DNA of 64,000 bases from a virus (lineage: Duplodnaviria > Caudoviricetes). The notes under the pieces were generated by a model. The model searched no databases, was not told where the DNA came from, and was given only the letters and a program-made list of their open reading frames with translations. The stretch is taken from IMG/VR virus record IMGVR_UViG_3300029705_000009; one strand, written 5' to 3'. Positions 1 through 12,596 of this stretch are shown piece after piece. Made by a program: the position numbers and the translations under genes. How positions within the stretch are numbered: position 1 is the stretch's first letter; each line of letters begins with the position of its first letter.

Positions 1-225
1 TACTATAACAATAAAAGAATTCAGGCAAAAACAAAATGGATGCCCCCTGTAAAATACAGGGAAACATCCATGGCTTGTTGTGCTTAATTCATAAAATCAA
101 TGTGTCCAGGATTCTGGGTACATATCAAATGAGAGTGCTTTCTTTAAAAAAATTACTTAATTACTTGTAATTAACAATTATAACGAGTATACTTAAGAGA
201 TGCCTTATTTTATTGGGGTTTTTCG

Positions 226-295
226 AGGTGATATTTTTCAAGGTGATATCAAAAAGTGATATCTAGAACATCACACGAAATCACTAAAAGTGATT
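226..295. repeat. Three tandem A(G/A)GTGATAT direct repeats plus a short inverted repeat (AATCACT-aaa-AGTGATT); possible integrase arm-type or Xis binding sites
   Basis: aggtgatat at 226 and 241, aagtgatat at 254; directly downstream of an excisionase-like ORF. Confidence 0.45.
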
Positions 296-516
296 CAGAT
301 ATGTATCTGTTTGCCCTTCATCTCTTCCAGAAACTCATCTAAGGTTCTTTTTTTCACATAATACTCTCTTCCAACCTTATTGGCTTCTTTCATTTGGAAC
401 ATGATTTTCAAAATTCTAAGAGCTTTTGCACTCTCACAATGAAAAAGTTCCATTATCTCTTTTTTGCCGTAAAAAATGTCATCTTCTTCTAATACTATAT
501 TATTATTAAAACTCAT
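295..516 (-). CDS. Small HTH DNA-binding protein, excisionase-like
   Basis: 73 aa; FYGKKEIMELF...KVGREYYVKKRTLDEFL pattern typical of HTH_17/Xis; GGAGG RBS. Confidence 0.6.
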   Translation of the reverse strand: MSFNNNIVLEEDDIFYGKKEIMELFHCESAKALRILKIMFQMKEANKVGREYYVKKRTLDEFLEEMKGKQIHI

Positions 517-569
517 ATATTCAACCTCCGTTATTATATCATAAATGAAAAGTGTTTACCATATTAAAT

Positions 570-1097
570 TTATTTTGTGCTCGTAGATCCAAAACCACCG
601 TTGCGAACACCATCTGCATCGTCATCAACTGTAATTCCAAACTCCACAAAAATTCCCTGTGCAAAACCATCTCCAGCTTTGATATTTACATCTTTACTTC
701 TGTTTGTATCGTTTGTTATTTTTATCATGATATGACCTTCGTTATCAGAATAAAAATAGTCCTGGTCAATTACAGCAACAGTGTTATCTAACTGAAGTCT
801 AAACTTAAAGCCAAGACCGCTACGAGGATAAATTTTTAAAACCCATCCTTCTTCCATTTTACATCTGATGCCAGTAGGAATTTTAATCGTCTCTCCAGGT
901 GCTAAATTGAAATCAATTGGGGAATAAAAATCATATCCGGCGCTACCTTTTGTTGCTCGTCTGGGTAATTTAATGTTGTTATAAATGTACTCAACACTCT
1001 CTTCTGTGTACCCATAATCGTCCATAAAATCTTTCATTGATTCTTTGAATTGCTCTAAGCTTACCTTATAAAATTTTGAAATCTGTTTCATCATCAT
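570..1097 (-). CDS. dut: dUTPase (trimeric)
   Basis: Motifs SAGYDF, PRSGLG, VIDQDY, AQGIF, RNGGFGST. Confidence 0.95.
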   Translation of the reverse strand: MMMKQISKFYKVSLEQFKESMKDFMDDYGYTEESVEYIYNNIKLPRRATKGSAGYDFYSPIDFNLAPGETIKIPTGIRCKMEEGWVLKIYPRSGLGFKFRLQLDNTVAVIDQDYFYSDNEGHIMIKITNDTNRSKDVNIKAGDGFAQGIFVEFGITVDDDADGVRNGGFGSTSTK

Positions 1098-1143
1098 GTC
1101 TCCTTTATGTCAAATTTTTAATTATTCCTTTGTATTAATACCT

Positions 1144-1722
1144 TTAAATCGGATTCCCATGAGCAAGCATATACTCGCAGCATTCAAGCAAATACTCTCC
1201 AAAATCTTTCAGTTGATTATCTTTTAAAGTGAACTTAAATCCTTTATTCCACCAGTCAAACAACGTAAAAGTATAATAGGTTTGTACTTCATCTTCGTCT
1301 TCTTCATTCCATCCGTATGTAGTATAAGTATGTTTAGAGATTGTCCAATTAGTTCCCATACCAAATGGTAATATCATTTGATCCAACAGTTGAATTTCCG
1401 TACCGTTTTCTCTTTTAAAGACTTCTACACCATCTGCCAATAACAAACATCTATGACCAACTTCGTCAATAATAGAACACTCGTCGCAGCCCTCACGGAA
1501 AAATATTTCAGATCTCCACTGGTCTTCTGAATCGAATTTCCACTGATTAATAATGGCGTAACTATAGTAGACCTTATACACGTCATCCCAGTTTTTTGGA
1601 GGTTCGTCTCCGAAGCTATGGCATGAAGATTGTCTTGGATAAAATCTAAAAATTAAACGTCTTCCATCAAATTTTTCATTTTCAAGGATGAAATCAATTT
1701 TTCTCTTTTTACTCATAATCAA
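1144..1722 (-). CDS. Hypothetical protein
   Basis: 192-aa ORF in the minus-strand gene run. Confidence 0.6.
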   Translation of the reverse strand: MIMSKKRKIDFILENEKFDGRRLIFRFYPRQSSCHSFGDEPPKNWDDVYKVYYSYAIINQWKFDSEDQWRSEIFFREGCDECSIIDEVGHRCLLLADGVEVFKRENGTEIQLLDQMILPFGMGTNWTISKHTYTTYGWNEEDEDEVQTYYTFTLFDWWNKGFKFTLKDNQLKDFGEYLLECCEYMLAHGNPI

Positions 1723-1901
1723 CCCTCTTTATCGCATACCGTCTGATCAAGTTCCTTTATCAACGCATCTGTCATTGCGATAATACCATCAATAAAATAA
1801 CCGTATGTTTTATCAGTACATTCAATACCCCATTCAGAATTTTCCTTAATAGTTTCATATGCAGTTTCAAATATTACACTTCTTTTCATAACAATTTCTC
1901 C

Positions 1902-2345
1902 TTATAATTTGCAAACTAAAATCTTAATGACAGTATCATCAAAGATATGATTGATTTGTTTAGACACATCAGACCATGCTAACCTGTCCAATCCGGCTCC
2001 TATTGTCGGCATAGCAACTTTTGTAATGTTATTCTCTAAACATATCTTCTTCATTTTCTCTAAGGCAATTCGCATCGTAATAATTGTTGGTTTCTCAAAA
2101 TATCTTTCTTTAGTAATGAGATTAAATACTCTTCCTTCCAAAATACAATCACCACCAATTCTATGATGAGTAAACTGATTTAGGTAATCAGGATATTTGC
2201 TCTGCAACTTTTTCTTCATGTTAAATCTCTTATTAAATTCAACCACAATACCTTTGCCCATTCCGAAATCTGCACTAATGCAATGAGCCAGATAATAATC
2301 ATCCGGGACAGAAAATAAATCTCTTATTTCTTCTCTATAGGTCAT
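1902..2345 (-). CDS. Macro domain protein (Poa1p/TARG1/DarG-like ADP-ribose processing)
   Basis: AHCISADFGMGKGIV, NLITK, AMPTIGAGLDRLAW motifs. Confidence 0.85.
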   Translation of the reverse strand: MTYREEIRDLFSVPDDYYLAHCISADFGMGKGIVVEFNKRFNMKKKLQSKYPDYLNQFTHHRIGGDCILEGRVFNLITKERYFEKPTIITMRIALEKMKKICLENNITKVAMPTIGAGLDRLAWSDVSKQINHIFDDTVIKILVCKL

Positions 2346-3051
2346 AATTACTCCTTCAAATTCTCTCTATTCTCCCAAACATAATCCACAAAAATATTCC
2401 AATTCAACATCACCTGATCGTACACATCAATCTTTATTTCATCTGGATTCTTGTTGCCACACCAGGGAGAAATAATAATTTCCCACTCAGCCTTTGACCA
2501 AAAATAATAGCGCAGTTCTCTCTTTAATTGTTCTGCAAACGATTCTTTGTCATTATATTCTTTAATGGCCTCTTCTATATAATATACAAAGCTACCGTGC
2601 TCAAAGATGTTATAAGTTTCTATTTTTTGTTTATTAACATTGTAGTAATATACATTCCATTTCATTAAGCGTCTCCCATATCCCATAGTGCACTTGTACC
2701 TTTTTCAAATCCAAGTTCCGGGATGTCTTTTATGAAAATATAATCGTCATTAATTAGATAACATGGAATACTGAAATGCTCTGGAAAATCATCTTCTTCC
2801 GTAAGAACACAGTGGTTCCACATGCTTCTGCTTTTATAAAATTTACAATCACAACATCTCATTTGATTCCTCTTTCTGCTCTTCTTTGTTGCAGTGTTCG
2901 CACTTATCACTTGTAATAGTTGCACCACATTTAGGACAAGTTGTTTCTCCGTTCAGTACTAAATCATCATGCATTTCTATGTACTCCATGAGTTGTTTAT
3001 GATACTCTTCAAACATTTCTAATGTTACTAATTTCTTTTTATCCATGCACT

Positions 3052-3552
3052 TTATCCTTTAAAATAATCACTTAAATGTTCTATAGGCTTCAACACTATT
3101 TCATCATGGTAAATTCCAGATTCAAAACATTCTGAAATCCATTGATCCCAATTATTGTACATAGCTTCTGCACCACATCCACTCTCACCGTTTCTGTCCC
3201 TAATGAAACAGCGACCAATCCATTCGGCTTTACAACTTGATTCTGGATATACAATTGTAAAATCAATACCCTCTTTATCAAGAGCTTCTCTTACAGATGC
3301 ATGACTGCTTACAAATATGCAATCGTACTTGCCGATGTTTTCTTTAATGTGTTTAATATAGTTATTTGGAAAGTCTGGGTTACGAATTTTTCTTACGCCT
3401 CTTATCGTATCGCCATTTTCATCTATATTGGTATATAACCAGCTAAACTGACTGCTATCAGAATCAAGAATTTTTAAATCATAATGTTCTTGATGTTCGT
3501 ATAACCATGTTTTTCCACAGGCAGGAAATACGCTATAAATTTTTGTATTCAT
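3052..3552 (-). CDS. P-loop NTPase/kinase-like protein
   Basis: N-terminal FPACGKT Walker A-like motif followed by DSDSS. Confidence 0.55.
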   Translation of the reverse strand: MNTKIYSVFPACGKTWLYEHQEHYDLKILDSDSSQFSWLYTNIDENGDTIRGVRKIRNPDFPNNYIKHIKENIGKYDCIFVSSHASVREALDKEGIDFTIVYPESSCKAEWIGRCFIRDRNGESGCGAEAMYNNWDQWISECFESGIYHDEIVLKPIEHLSDYFKG

Positions 3553-6500
3553 ATTAACCTCTCAAATATTAAAATCTTCCTTTATAAATGCTCTCCCACA
3601 AAACAATGCCAGGTAAATCAGGACACATTTTTCTCCACCGGCTCCACCATTTAATAATCAATTTAAACTCTAGCTTCTGCCACCAATGAAGTTTAACACC
3701 AGTTAGAAATTCGTATAATTCGTCTTTTGATAATTCAAGAAATTTTGCATAACCATCATCAATCATTCTTATATCTCCTAAATTTATTTACACAAATTCT
3801 CGTACATATATTTATACTCAAGCAGTGCTTCATATTGTTCTTTAGTTAAATATGTGCCGTCAATCTTCTCACCAAAACTAATACCAAGTTCTCCTAATTG
3901 CTCAAGAGCAATGTCACGTTCCCACTTAAATTGTTGAACACAAACCAATGCATCAAATGCTCTGTCTACAGCTCTTGCAGTTGCGTATTGGGATTCTCTT
4001 TTTAATATTTCGGTAGCATTCTTTCTATATTCTTCTATGTCTTCGTATGTCATTTTCATATTACGCCTCATAAATTCTACTAATAAAATTTTCTGGAACG
4101 AAGTCTGTAGTAACACTAATATAAGGAGGTTCTTTTTCTTCGGTTACATAACAAGTAATTGTTATATCTCTAAGAAATTTGTAATCACTAGCAATTTGTT
4201 CTGCATTATCAATCAAAGATTGTCCCACGTCTTTTATGTTTTGTATCAATTCTTCTCTGCTCATAATTTACTCCTCAACACAATCTTTTATCTCTACACC
4301 AAAACACCATTTCCACATTAATTTCTGAAACAAATTGAAATGTTGATCTACTGGTAAACTTGTTTTATAATGTACATTTCCTATTGAAAGTACGCTTTTA
4401 GGTTTTGGTACAAATAAATCGCTACTTTTTATTGTTAATTTTTCGTACATATCCACCTCATAAAATATAATTTTTATTTGCCATCTTTTAACTTATTTAG
4501 TTCTTCTACATAATCAAACTTGTTTAAATGCCAAGCGTAACCAGATGCATAGTAGCTTACATTCTCTTCATTTTTTATTAAATTAAGATATTCTGCACAA
4601 GCCAACGCCTGTTCTTTGTTATCGAAAATTGCTTCAACCCAAGAATCAATATCTCCACTTTCGTCTATATTGCCATAGACTAGATGTATCTTTTCTACTT
4701 CCTTTTCTTCATAAGCATCAAACCAAAACTCGTCCCAGAAATGACCATCATCAAAGACACTCACCCGGTACATGCCACGCTCTATATCGTAATCAACTTC
4801 AAAATCGTCACTTATACAAACTTTAATTAGACTCATTAACCCAACTCCTGAAACTCAAATTCTGCACCACAACTGCAACGAACTACTCCGGATGTACCGA
4901 TCCCGGTAGGAGTAAAATGATATGAATATCTACCGCCAATACATCCTCCAGCTTTCATTCTCATTGCATCAGTTGTTAACCCATGAGCTTTCCTATCATG
5001 CATTTCCATCCATTCTTTGATTGCAGCATCTTCACTCTCTGAGATAGGAAATCCACGATAATATTCTGCTTGCATTCTCTCAAATTGCACTTTCATAGAC
5101 TGAAGTTCAGAGTCTTTGTATGCTTCGTCTTTAAGCTTTTTATTTTCCTCTTCCAAATACTGTATTCGAATATCTTTAAATGAAAATTCTTGTTTAATTT
5201 CTTCTAATGTCTTATCAATCGAAATGATCATTATATTTTTACCTCTCGTAATTTTTATATGTTAAACATCCAATTTTTCAAAACGGCTTCCAGGCTTTGA
5301 TAAGGACACCACGCATTGCTATCTTTATCATAGATACAAATACATAACAGGTGTTTATTAAATATCTTTCCACCTATCTTTGTTTCTTTTAACTCAGAAT
5401 GAATATCATATGTAACGCCATGTTTAAAACCATTCGAATCTCTTCCAATAAATTTTGCTTTCACTTTTCGTTTTCCTCAAAACTTTCTTTAAGCCACTCT
5501 TCTTGTTTCTTTCTACTCCATTTGCCAAGCAGTTTTTTATCTTTGCCTTTGATCCTTTCTTTAGGAAATCTGCCATCACCACACAAGTCGTACCAAGAAA
5601 AAGGATAGCGAAAATTAGTTGATTTTCTTGTCATTTAAATACTCCCACATATGTTTCATTCCAAGATTATAAACGCCCATAAGACCACTTTCTTTAAACG
5701 CATCAGATAAATCTGCCCTTGTAAGACTAGCTTGATTAGACGCTCTAATTATTACATCTCCCATACGCTCTTCTGTCATTTTTCTGCTACTACTAAACCC
5801 ATCTGTAAAAATCATGCTACCACCTCTTAAAAATGTATTTTATGTGCAAAAGTGGACATTGAATGTACACTTTTCATTTTTATTTGCTATATTTTTCGTT
5901 GTACTCTTTTAATCTTTTACAATACTTTTCGCAACCATCAGAGCCTTTAGAAGAAATGCTACTCCATCCGGTATTGCAATTATTACAAGGATGAATGTCT
6001 TGTAGGGTCAGAATAAACAATCTACCATCAGATTCTGCTTGAAGAAGATTGAGGATGTGTTCTGTTACTTTCTTTGCGTGACGATATCCATGAAAATCTA
6101 CAAATTCATTCATATATCTAATACATAAATCGGCCATTTCTCTATCCATAACTACCTCTTAAAACTTCATTTTTATATGCTTACTTAAACTGTTCAAGAT
6201 ATTTTATAACTTTATTTATAAAGCTATTTCTGCTTAATTCCCACTGATGTTCTCTCTCAAACTCTTCTGTCATGCTGTCGCTAGTTTCATCTACATTAGT
6301 ATATTTTTCCCCAGATAACCATTCAATTAACTCTGGAATGCTTACCAGAGGAATACCCTTCCATGTGCCTACAATTCCTGTCTTTTTTAATTCTTCAATA
6401 TCAATATATTCATCTTCATCTTCATTGATAGGTTCGCCACACGCAGGACAACTATCTTTTAATATGATGTCATAATATAAGTCATTCCATGATTCTCTAC

Positions 6501-8081
6501 AATTAGAACACCTATATATTTGACCACCAAACCCGTAGTCTTCAATAATCCAATGTGCCATAACTTTACCTCTTAAAATTTTATTTTTATTATCCAATAT
6601 ATTCTCTTAAATCTACAGTCACGCTTCCACAGTCTTTACAATATATGACCTTTTCTAACTCTGCTTTCCCTAAAACTCTTTTGCAAAAAGAACAGTAATA
6701 GAACAGTTCTTGTTTGCATATAGAGTCTACGATTTCTTTAATTTCATTTTCTATATGTTCATTCATAGCTACCTCTTAAAATTCGTATTTTATGTATGGT
6801 TTGTAACCACGCTACCGATATCTTTATCCATATAAGTTTTATTGTCAGTTGTACAACATTTATCGCTTGTAGAATATCCACAACTGCAATTATATTCAAC
6901 AACAGGATATCCTGCGTTATATCTCATATTGAAAGTCATATAACTTCCACACTTAGGACATTTTTCCACAATACACCTCCACATAAAATACGCTTTACCT
7001 TACCATAAATCTTCAGACACCAATCTTTCACAAGTATCTCCAGGCTCTCTAGTGTCTGAGATCTGACCACACTTAATTGCATATTCAAATGCTTCTTCTC
7101 TAGTCAAAAAGTTGTTTTTATCATCAATAAAACCTTGTGCAATTTCTTTGTATCCTTTTTGTGGTTCAAACCCAAGTAGTTTTAATTGCTCAAATACATT
7201 CCAATGTCTGTGACCACAAAGAACAACATCTTCATTTGTTTTGTCTATATGAAATTTAATCGCTGCTGCCAATATCATATTTATTACCTCTTATTCCATT
7301 GTGAGTTTTCTATCCGTGCTAAGAACTAAATCTTTAATATAGTCATTTTTACAAGCACCTTTGTTCATTCTAAAAACTAATGGATTCGGTTCTGATTCAC
7401 TGACAAAATATTCTTTACCACACCATTTGCATTTTTCTCTTGTATATCTTTCATCTGGATATTCTTTAAATCGAATAGTAACCCATCCGGTGTTGGCATA
7501 TTTATTATCTGTATTGCAAGTAGGACATCTCCAATGACTTTCTACACTCACCCAACTCATATTGCACCTCGTTTATTTATACCATTAACTGTTGAATAAT
7601 TTCATAAGCTCTATTTCTCATGGTGTCCATTTTCGTATATTCATCACTTGAATAAATACCATAACCACAAGCCTTTCCTAGCAGTTCATCATAATCCGAT
7701 ATGATATCTTCCAACTCAGTTAACTTCTTTCTGATTTCATCCATGCTTATTCCTCTACTTCAATTGTAAATGTATAACTACCATCATGTTTAAAGTGATC
7801 CACGCATTCCTCCGCTTTCACTTCAACAAGTTTACACATTGCAAGTCTTTCGCCAGTAATTAAGAAATGTTCACATTGTTCTGACGGATAATTTGGACGA
7901 ATAAATCTATCGCCATTTCCATCTGTAAAAACATCAAAATCTACTCTTTCCTGGCAATACTCGTCTTTTACTGCATAAATGTTGATAGTATTTAATACTA
8001 AAGGCACATCACTAGTTATTAAAAATAATTTGTAGAATTGTTTAGTATAATAAATCTTGTGTAATTGTGGTTCACTAATTT

Positions 8082-8558
8082 TCATAGCAATTCTTCCTCC
8101 ACAGTTTCCAAAACTAATCTTTGTACTGTCTTCGTAGCATTGTGATGCTTGAACATTTCTTTCAGCCTGTCAAGAATATTTTCTACTGGCTTTCGTGTGT
8201 TCCATACTTTCACAATCGTTCTAAAATTACTAAGGCAGTAATCGTAATCATGATATATATTTTGCAAATGAATATCTGAAATTACAGATTGTGTTTGTAC
8301 TCCACATCCTGTGCATAGAATATAAATATAATTAGTATCAGACAAACAATCACGTTTTGTAACTAATTTTGCTTCTCCACCACAAAACGGACATCGTTTC
8401 AGTTTTTCTTCTTTCTTCTCCTCTGGTGGATTCATATAGTCCCATGAGGCCGCTTCTAATAAACTTTGCATTGTATCATCAAAAAATTTACTCATATTAT
8501 TTCCTCCAACCAATTGCTTGACCACACTCATTACAGAATTTAGGAAACTCAATTTCAT
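8082..8558 (-). CDS. Lar-family (restriction alleviation-like) zinc-finger protein; true start probably MSKFF
   Basis: LKRCPFCGGEA...CTGCG...WNTR pattern. Confidence 0.6.
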   Translation of the reverse strand: MKLSFLNSVMSVVKQLVGGNNMSKFFDDTMQSLLEAASWDYMNPPEEKKEEKLKRCPFCGGEAKLVTKRDCLSDTNYIYILCTGCGVQTQSVISDIHLQNIYHDYDYCLSNFRTIVKVWNTRKPVENILDRLKEMFKHHNATKTVQRLVLETVEEELL

Positions 8559-9640
8559 TTGTATAAATTAATGAAAGACAAGATGGACATACACTAATTC
8601 TAATTTTAGATCCATCATGTACTTCTTTAACTATTGAATGATGATGCTCCACCGGAATTTGTTTATCTAATGCTTTAATTACATTTTTCATATCATCAGA
8701 AGTACACATATTGAGATAAGCATTTGAGTTCCATACCAGTAAAAATTGTTCTCGTGTTTGTTTATTAGTCATTCTTAACCTCACTCTCTAGCCACAACTT
8801 GGTCATCTGCTTCGTATCCGGCACCTCATCCAAATCCTGAAAGAACCTACACTTGTCATACAACTCACAATAGGAGAATTCTATTTTTCTATCGGAATCC
8901 TCATAGTGGCCAATCACACCATCGCATTTCTTGCAGTAGTTATTGTTCCACCATGTGATACAAGGATCCGTATCATGAGAACAATGCTCATCAAACCACT
9001 CTGCAAATTCATCAATATTCATTGATTTAATTTTTTCAAATACTGTCACATGTTTTGAGGTTGTAGTTGTAATATTAGGAATTACATAATTTTTACAAGC
9101 TGTACAATGACTATATTTACACATTTCTGTTTCATGCATACATCCACTCATATTGTCTAAATAATTTGCCGTCTGCCATCCGTCCATTAACATATCTTAC
9201 TTCCTACCCTTTTCTTAATGGATAAAAATCATTACATCTGCTAGGATGTAAATACATATCATCTACTTCATCACTAGAAATTTTTTCAGCAACATCTCTA
9301 CTGTAACAATCATATAGATATTCACAACATTTACATAAATCGCAATAATAATCTTTAATCATATTTACCTCGACTTCTTATACAACAACCATTTTTCGTA
9401 CAGTTCTTTCAAAGAGTTGCCTTGAATTATGTGTCGCAAATTACTCGTGCCATACACTTCACAAAGCATATCATCACTTTCATTTGCGATTTCTTGAATG
9501 AATTTATATAACTCTTCCATATCTTGAACTTGTTTTTTAATATCGTTTATATTTGCTTCCATACACGTCTCTTAGTTTTACAACGGGCGGCGAGCTGTAA
9601 TTTTTATTAGTCCACCGCCACTTAAACGAGTTTCAATTTC

Positions 9641-9940
9641 TTAGATCGCGAACTTGGAAAGTACTGTGTAGATGTCCTTTTCGCACTCTACATAAATTGT
9701 ATTCCAATCAACTGTATGAGCAGTGTGTTCACGATGCTTCTGCAGTCTTGCTGCCAGAACAATGGAACCCAGCAAGCTCTTCGCACTTAAATACCACTCG
9801 CAGTCATTCTCGTCCTTACCTCTCATCATTACTTCTTCCGGGATCTTAGAACAGATCTTGGTAAACTCTTCGATCTCGTCAAGTGTATTTAATGCAATAT
9901 AAACTCTGTACATCTGATTTTCATTTGTGTTATTTTTCAT
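9641..9940 (-). CDS. HPr-like protein lacking His15
   Basis: EFTKIC and SAKSLLG (Ser46-region) motifs. Confidence 0.5.
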   Translation of the reverse strand: MKNNTNENQMYRVYIALNTLDEIEEFTKICSKIPEEVMMRGKDENDCEWYLSAKSLLGSIVLAARLQKHREHTAHTVDWNTIYVECEKDIYTVLSKFAI

Positions 9941-11768
9941 TTTTATTTTCTCCTTTGCATTATTACTAAATTATTTTATTCACTTATGGCATTTATTTAT
10001 ATCCATGTCTTCCGGTAAACACACTACCATTGAAGACATTTATTTTAAAAATTTCAGAAACGCATGTTTCACTGTTAATAGAATTAATTAGTTGTCTAAG
10101 TTTTCTGACGGCTTCTTCTGAATCATTTGCCATGACAAGTGCTACATCACGAGTATAAGCAGCACCATTATCTACTTCAAAATCAATTTTAAACAACATC
10201 GTTTCTACCTCTACTTAACATTTGTTTTATTCATACACTTCTTTCCACACAAGTGCTTCTCCACATTCGTGACAATAGTTTTGTCCAAGCTCTACTTCAT
10301 TTTCGCAATTAGGACACTCATAAAACAAAGCGTCTGTTATAATAATTTCTGCCATAATTTTTACCTCTTAAAAAATCAATCTTAATCAATATACTTTTTC
10401 CTGCCATCTACAATTTTCCAGAATAAGTAGCCTGTTTTTGGAATAGATTTCACATTCTTAAATTCTTCTTTTGTATAACTTTCGATTATGTTTGGAATTC
10501 CTTCTCTCGTCATTAAGAAATGACTGATTGGTATAAAATCAATTCCATCCGCATCAAATTCTATCATTTTTTCTAAATAATAATTCATTAACTTACCTCT
10601 TAAAATTCATGTTTATAACAACGAGTTATCTTCAAACAAACAACTTCCAACAATTACATCGTACCAACCGTCTTTATCAACAATTTCTTCTACATACAAA
10701 GCTATTCTGTGATTAGGACGTGTAAATGTTTTCCATAAACATTCTATTAAATCAACAAAAAATTGCTTCACATCATTAATGTCTTTTGCATAGTATGAAT
10801 CGCAATCAATTAAAAAAACTTTATTGTTTACACAATTATAGAATTCATTTGTGTCTCCAAAACATCCAAAACGACAATCTATTGGTATATTTTTTGATTC
10901 GCATAAATTATAGATGTATTCATATATCTCCATATCTTCTTTAAAAGTTTTCATAGCTACTCCTCTTCTGCTAGATCCATAGAAAGTATTGTGATCTCAC
11001 TAATAACCCTTAAATAAGGACACTTCTCTACCACCTCATCATCAGCGATGCAATATTTATCTTCTGATGAGTGTCTGCAATAATTTGCCATGAAGCATTT
11101 ACTTAGTAATTCCAATGATTCAAATCTATTCATGTGTTATTACTTTTTCTTCTCTCTTCTTCTCTTGACAATTTCTTTTCCAACCTCAAAAAATATAATC
11201 AAGGCGACATCTATAGCCAGTAAAATCAAAAACCACTTTAAGCCCAGCCATAAAACTAATAATAGTGACTCAATCATTATTCTTCCTCTTTCTATACTCA
11301 TCGCGCTGTATGCATTGGCCATAATAATAAGTTTTTTCCTTAGTACTACAGATCACTTTAACCCTAGCTTTATTGGCATCATCTATAAATCCAGATTCAC
11401 ACGTTTCGCACTGTGCTGTATTTGTTACTTTACTCATTTATTCACTTCCTTAGCTCCGATCTTCTTAAGCTGCTCCTCAATATTTTTGTTAATGACTTCT
11501 AGGATTTCATATTTGCCATATTCTAAATGATAAAAAGGCGCATATCTTTCATTTGTTCCGTAATTAAAAACGTTGATGGAAATTTCTCCGGTCTGCAATT
11601 CCACAATTAGCTCACATTCTAATGTTGTGTATTTCTTGTATTTATGTACCGGAAAACGAAGCGAATAAATATCTGTCTCGTCACTCATTAGTTTGTTATA
11701 ATGAAAACCCTTACTGTACAAATCATCTTTTGTAGTTTTTAATTTATACTGCATAATCTTCACCCTTT

Positions 11769-12596
11769 CTAATATAAGCCAATAGCTGCATTTACAACGT
11801 TTTCCAATAAGGCCACTCTTGTTAATAAACCAACTCCACCAGGAACCGGAGTAACATATGTATCTTCGAAGACTCTTTCTACGCTTTCTCTATCAACGTC
11901 TCCACACAATTTTCCGTCCTTATCTTTATTAATGCCAACATCTACAATAATGTCGGGATAATTAAAGTTTAAGCCGTCAAAAAGTTTGGGTTTACCAACT
12001 GCAGAGATAATAAGGTCCGCATTCTGAGTAAAATACTCTAAGTATAATGTCTTGCTATTGCAACAAGTAACGGTAGCACCCTTATCAATCAACATATTTA
12101 CTAAAGGCTTGCCAACAATCTTACTTCTTCCAATGACTACCACATCCCTACCAGATACATCGTACTGGTTGTAATCCAGCCAGTCTATAATACCCTTTGG
12201 GGTACAAGGCTCGAAGTTACTGTCTCTTCTGAATCCATCAACATCCTTTTCTGGACTGATGCACTTTTGAAGCTTCTCTACATCGTATTTATCCGGAATT
12301 GGAAGCTGAATAATGATGCCATCAATTGCTCTGGAGCTATCAAGATCCTTTATAATATCCATCAACATTTCTTCTGAAATGGATTCATAATCATAAATGT
12401 AATGATGCAAGCACTCAATTCCTACTTCTTCACAATCTTTTTTCTTACCTTTAATATAGGAATTACTAGCAGCGTTATCTCCAATCTGGATTACGCATAA
12501 GCAAGGCTTTTTATTTAAAAGAGAAATTCTCGTTTTCAAATTTTCTTTTTTTGTTTGAACATATTCCTTACAGGAAATAATACTTAATTTGTCCAT
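11769..12596 (-). CDS. folD: Methylenetetrahydrofolate dehydrogenase/cyclohydrolase
   Basis: GIIIQLP, EKDVDG, PCTPKG, GRSKIVGKP, DVGIN, TPVPGGVG. Confidence 0.95.
   Translation of the reverse strand: MDKLSIISCKEYVQTKKENLKTRISLLNKKPCLCVIQIGDNAASNSYIKGKKKDCEEVGIECLHHYIYDYESISEEMLMDIIKDLDSSRAIDGIIIQLPIPDKYDVEKLQKCISPEKDVDGFRRDSNFEPCTPKGIIDWLDYNQYDVSGRDVVVIGRSKIVGKPLVNMLIDKGATVTCCNSKTLYLEYFTQNADLIISAVGKPKLFDGLNFNYPDIIVDVGINKDKDGKLCGDVDRESVERVFEDTYVTPVPGGVGLLTRVALLENVVNAAIGLY

Larger units (their letters stand above)
2348..11763 (-). other. Block of about 30 tightly packed small hypothetical phage ORFs, many with CxxC zinc-ribbon motifs
   Basis: Contiguous minus-strand ORFs of 50-170 aa, most with GAGGT/GGAG RBS. 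Confidence 0.75.

Noticed and set aside
9586-9619. Hairpin containing TTACAGC as another module RNA
   Set aside because: It lacks the AA after CAGC and any anticodon loop, and is far from the island; more likely a terminator or processing stem
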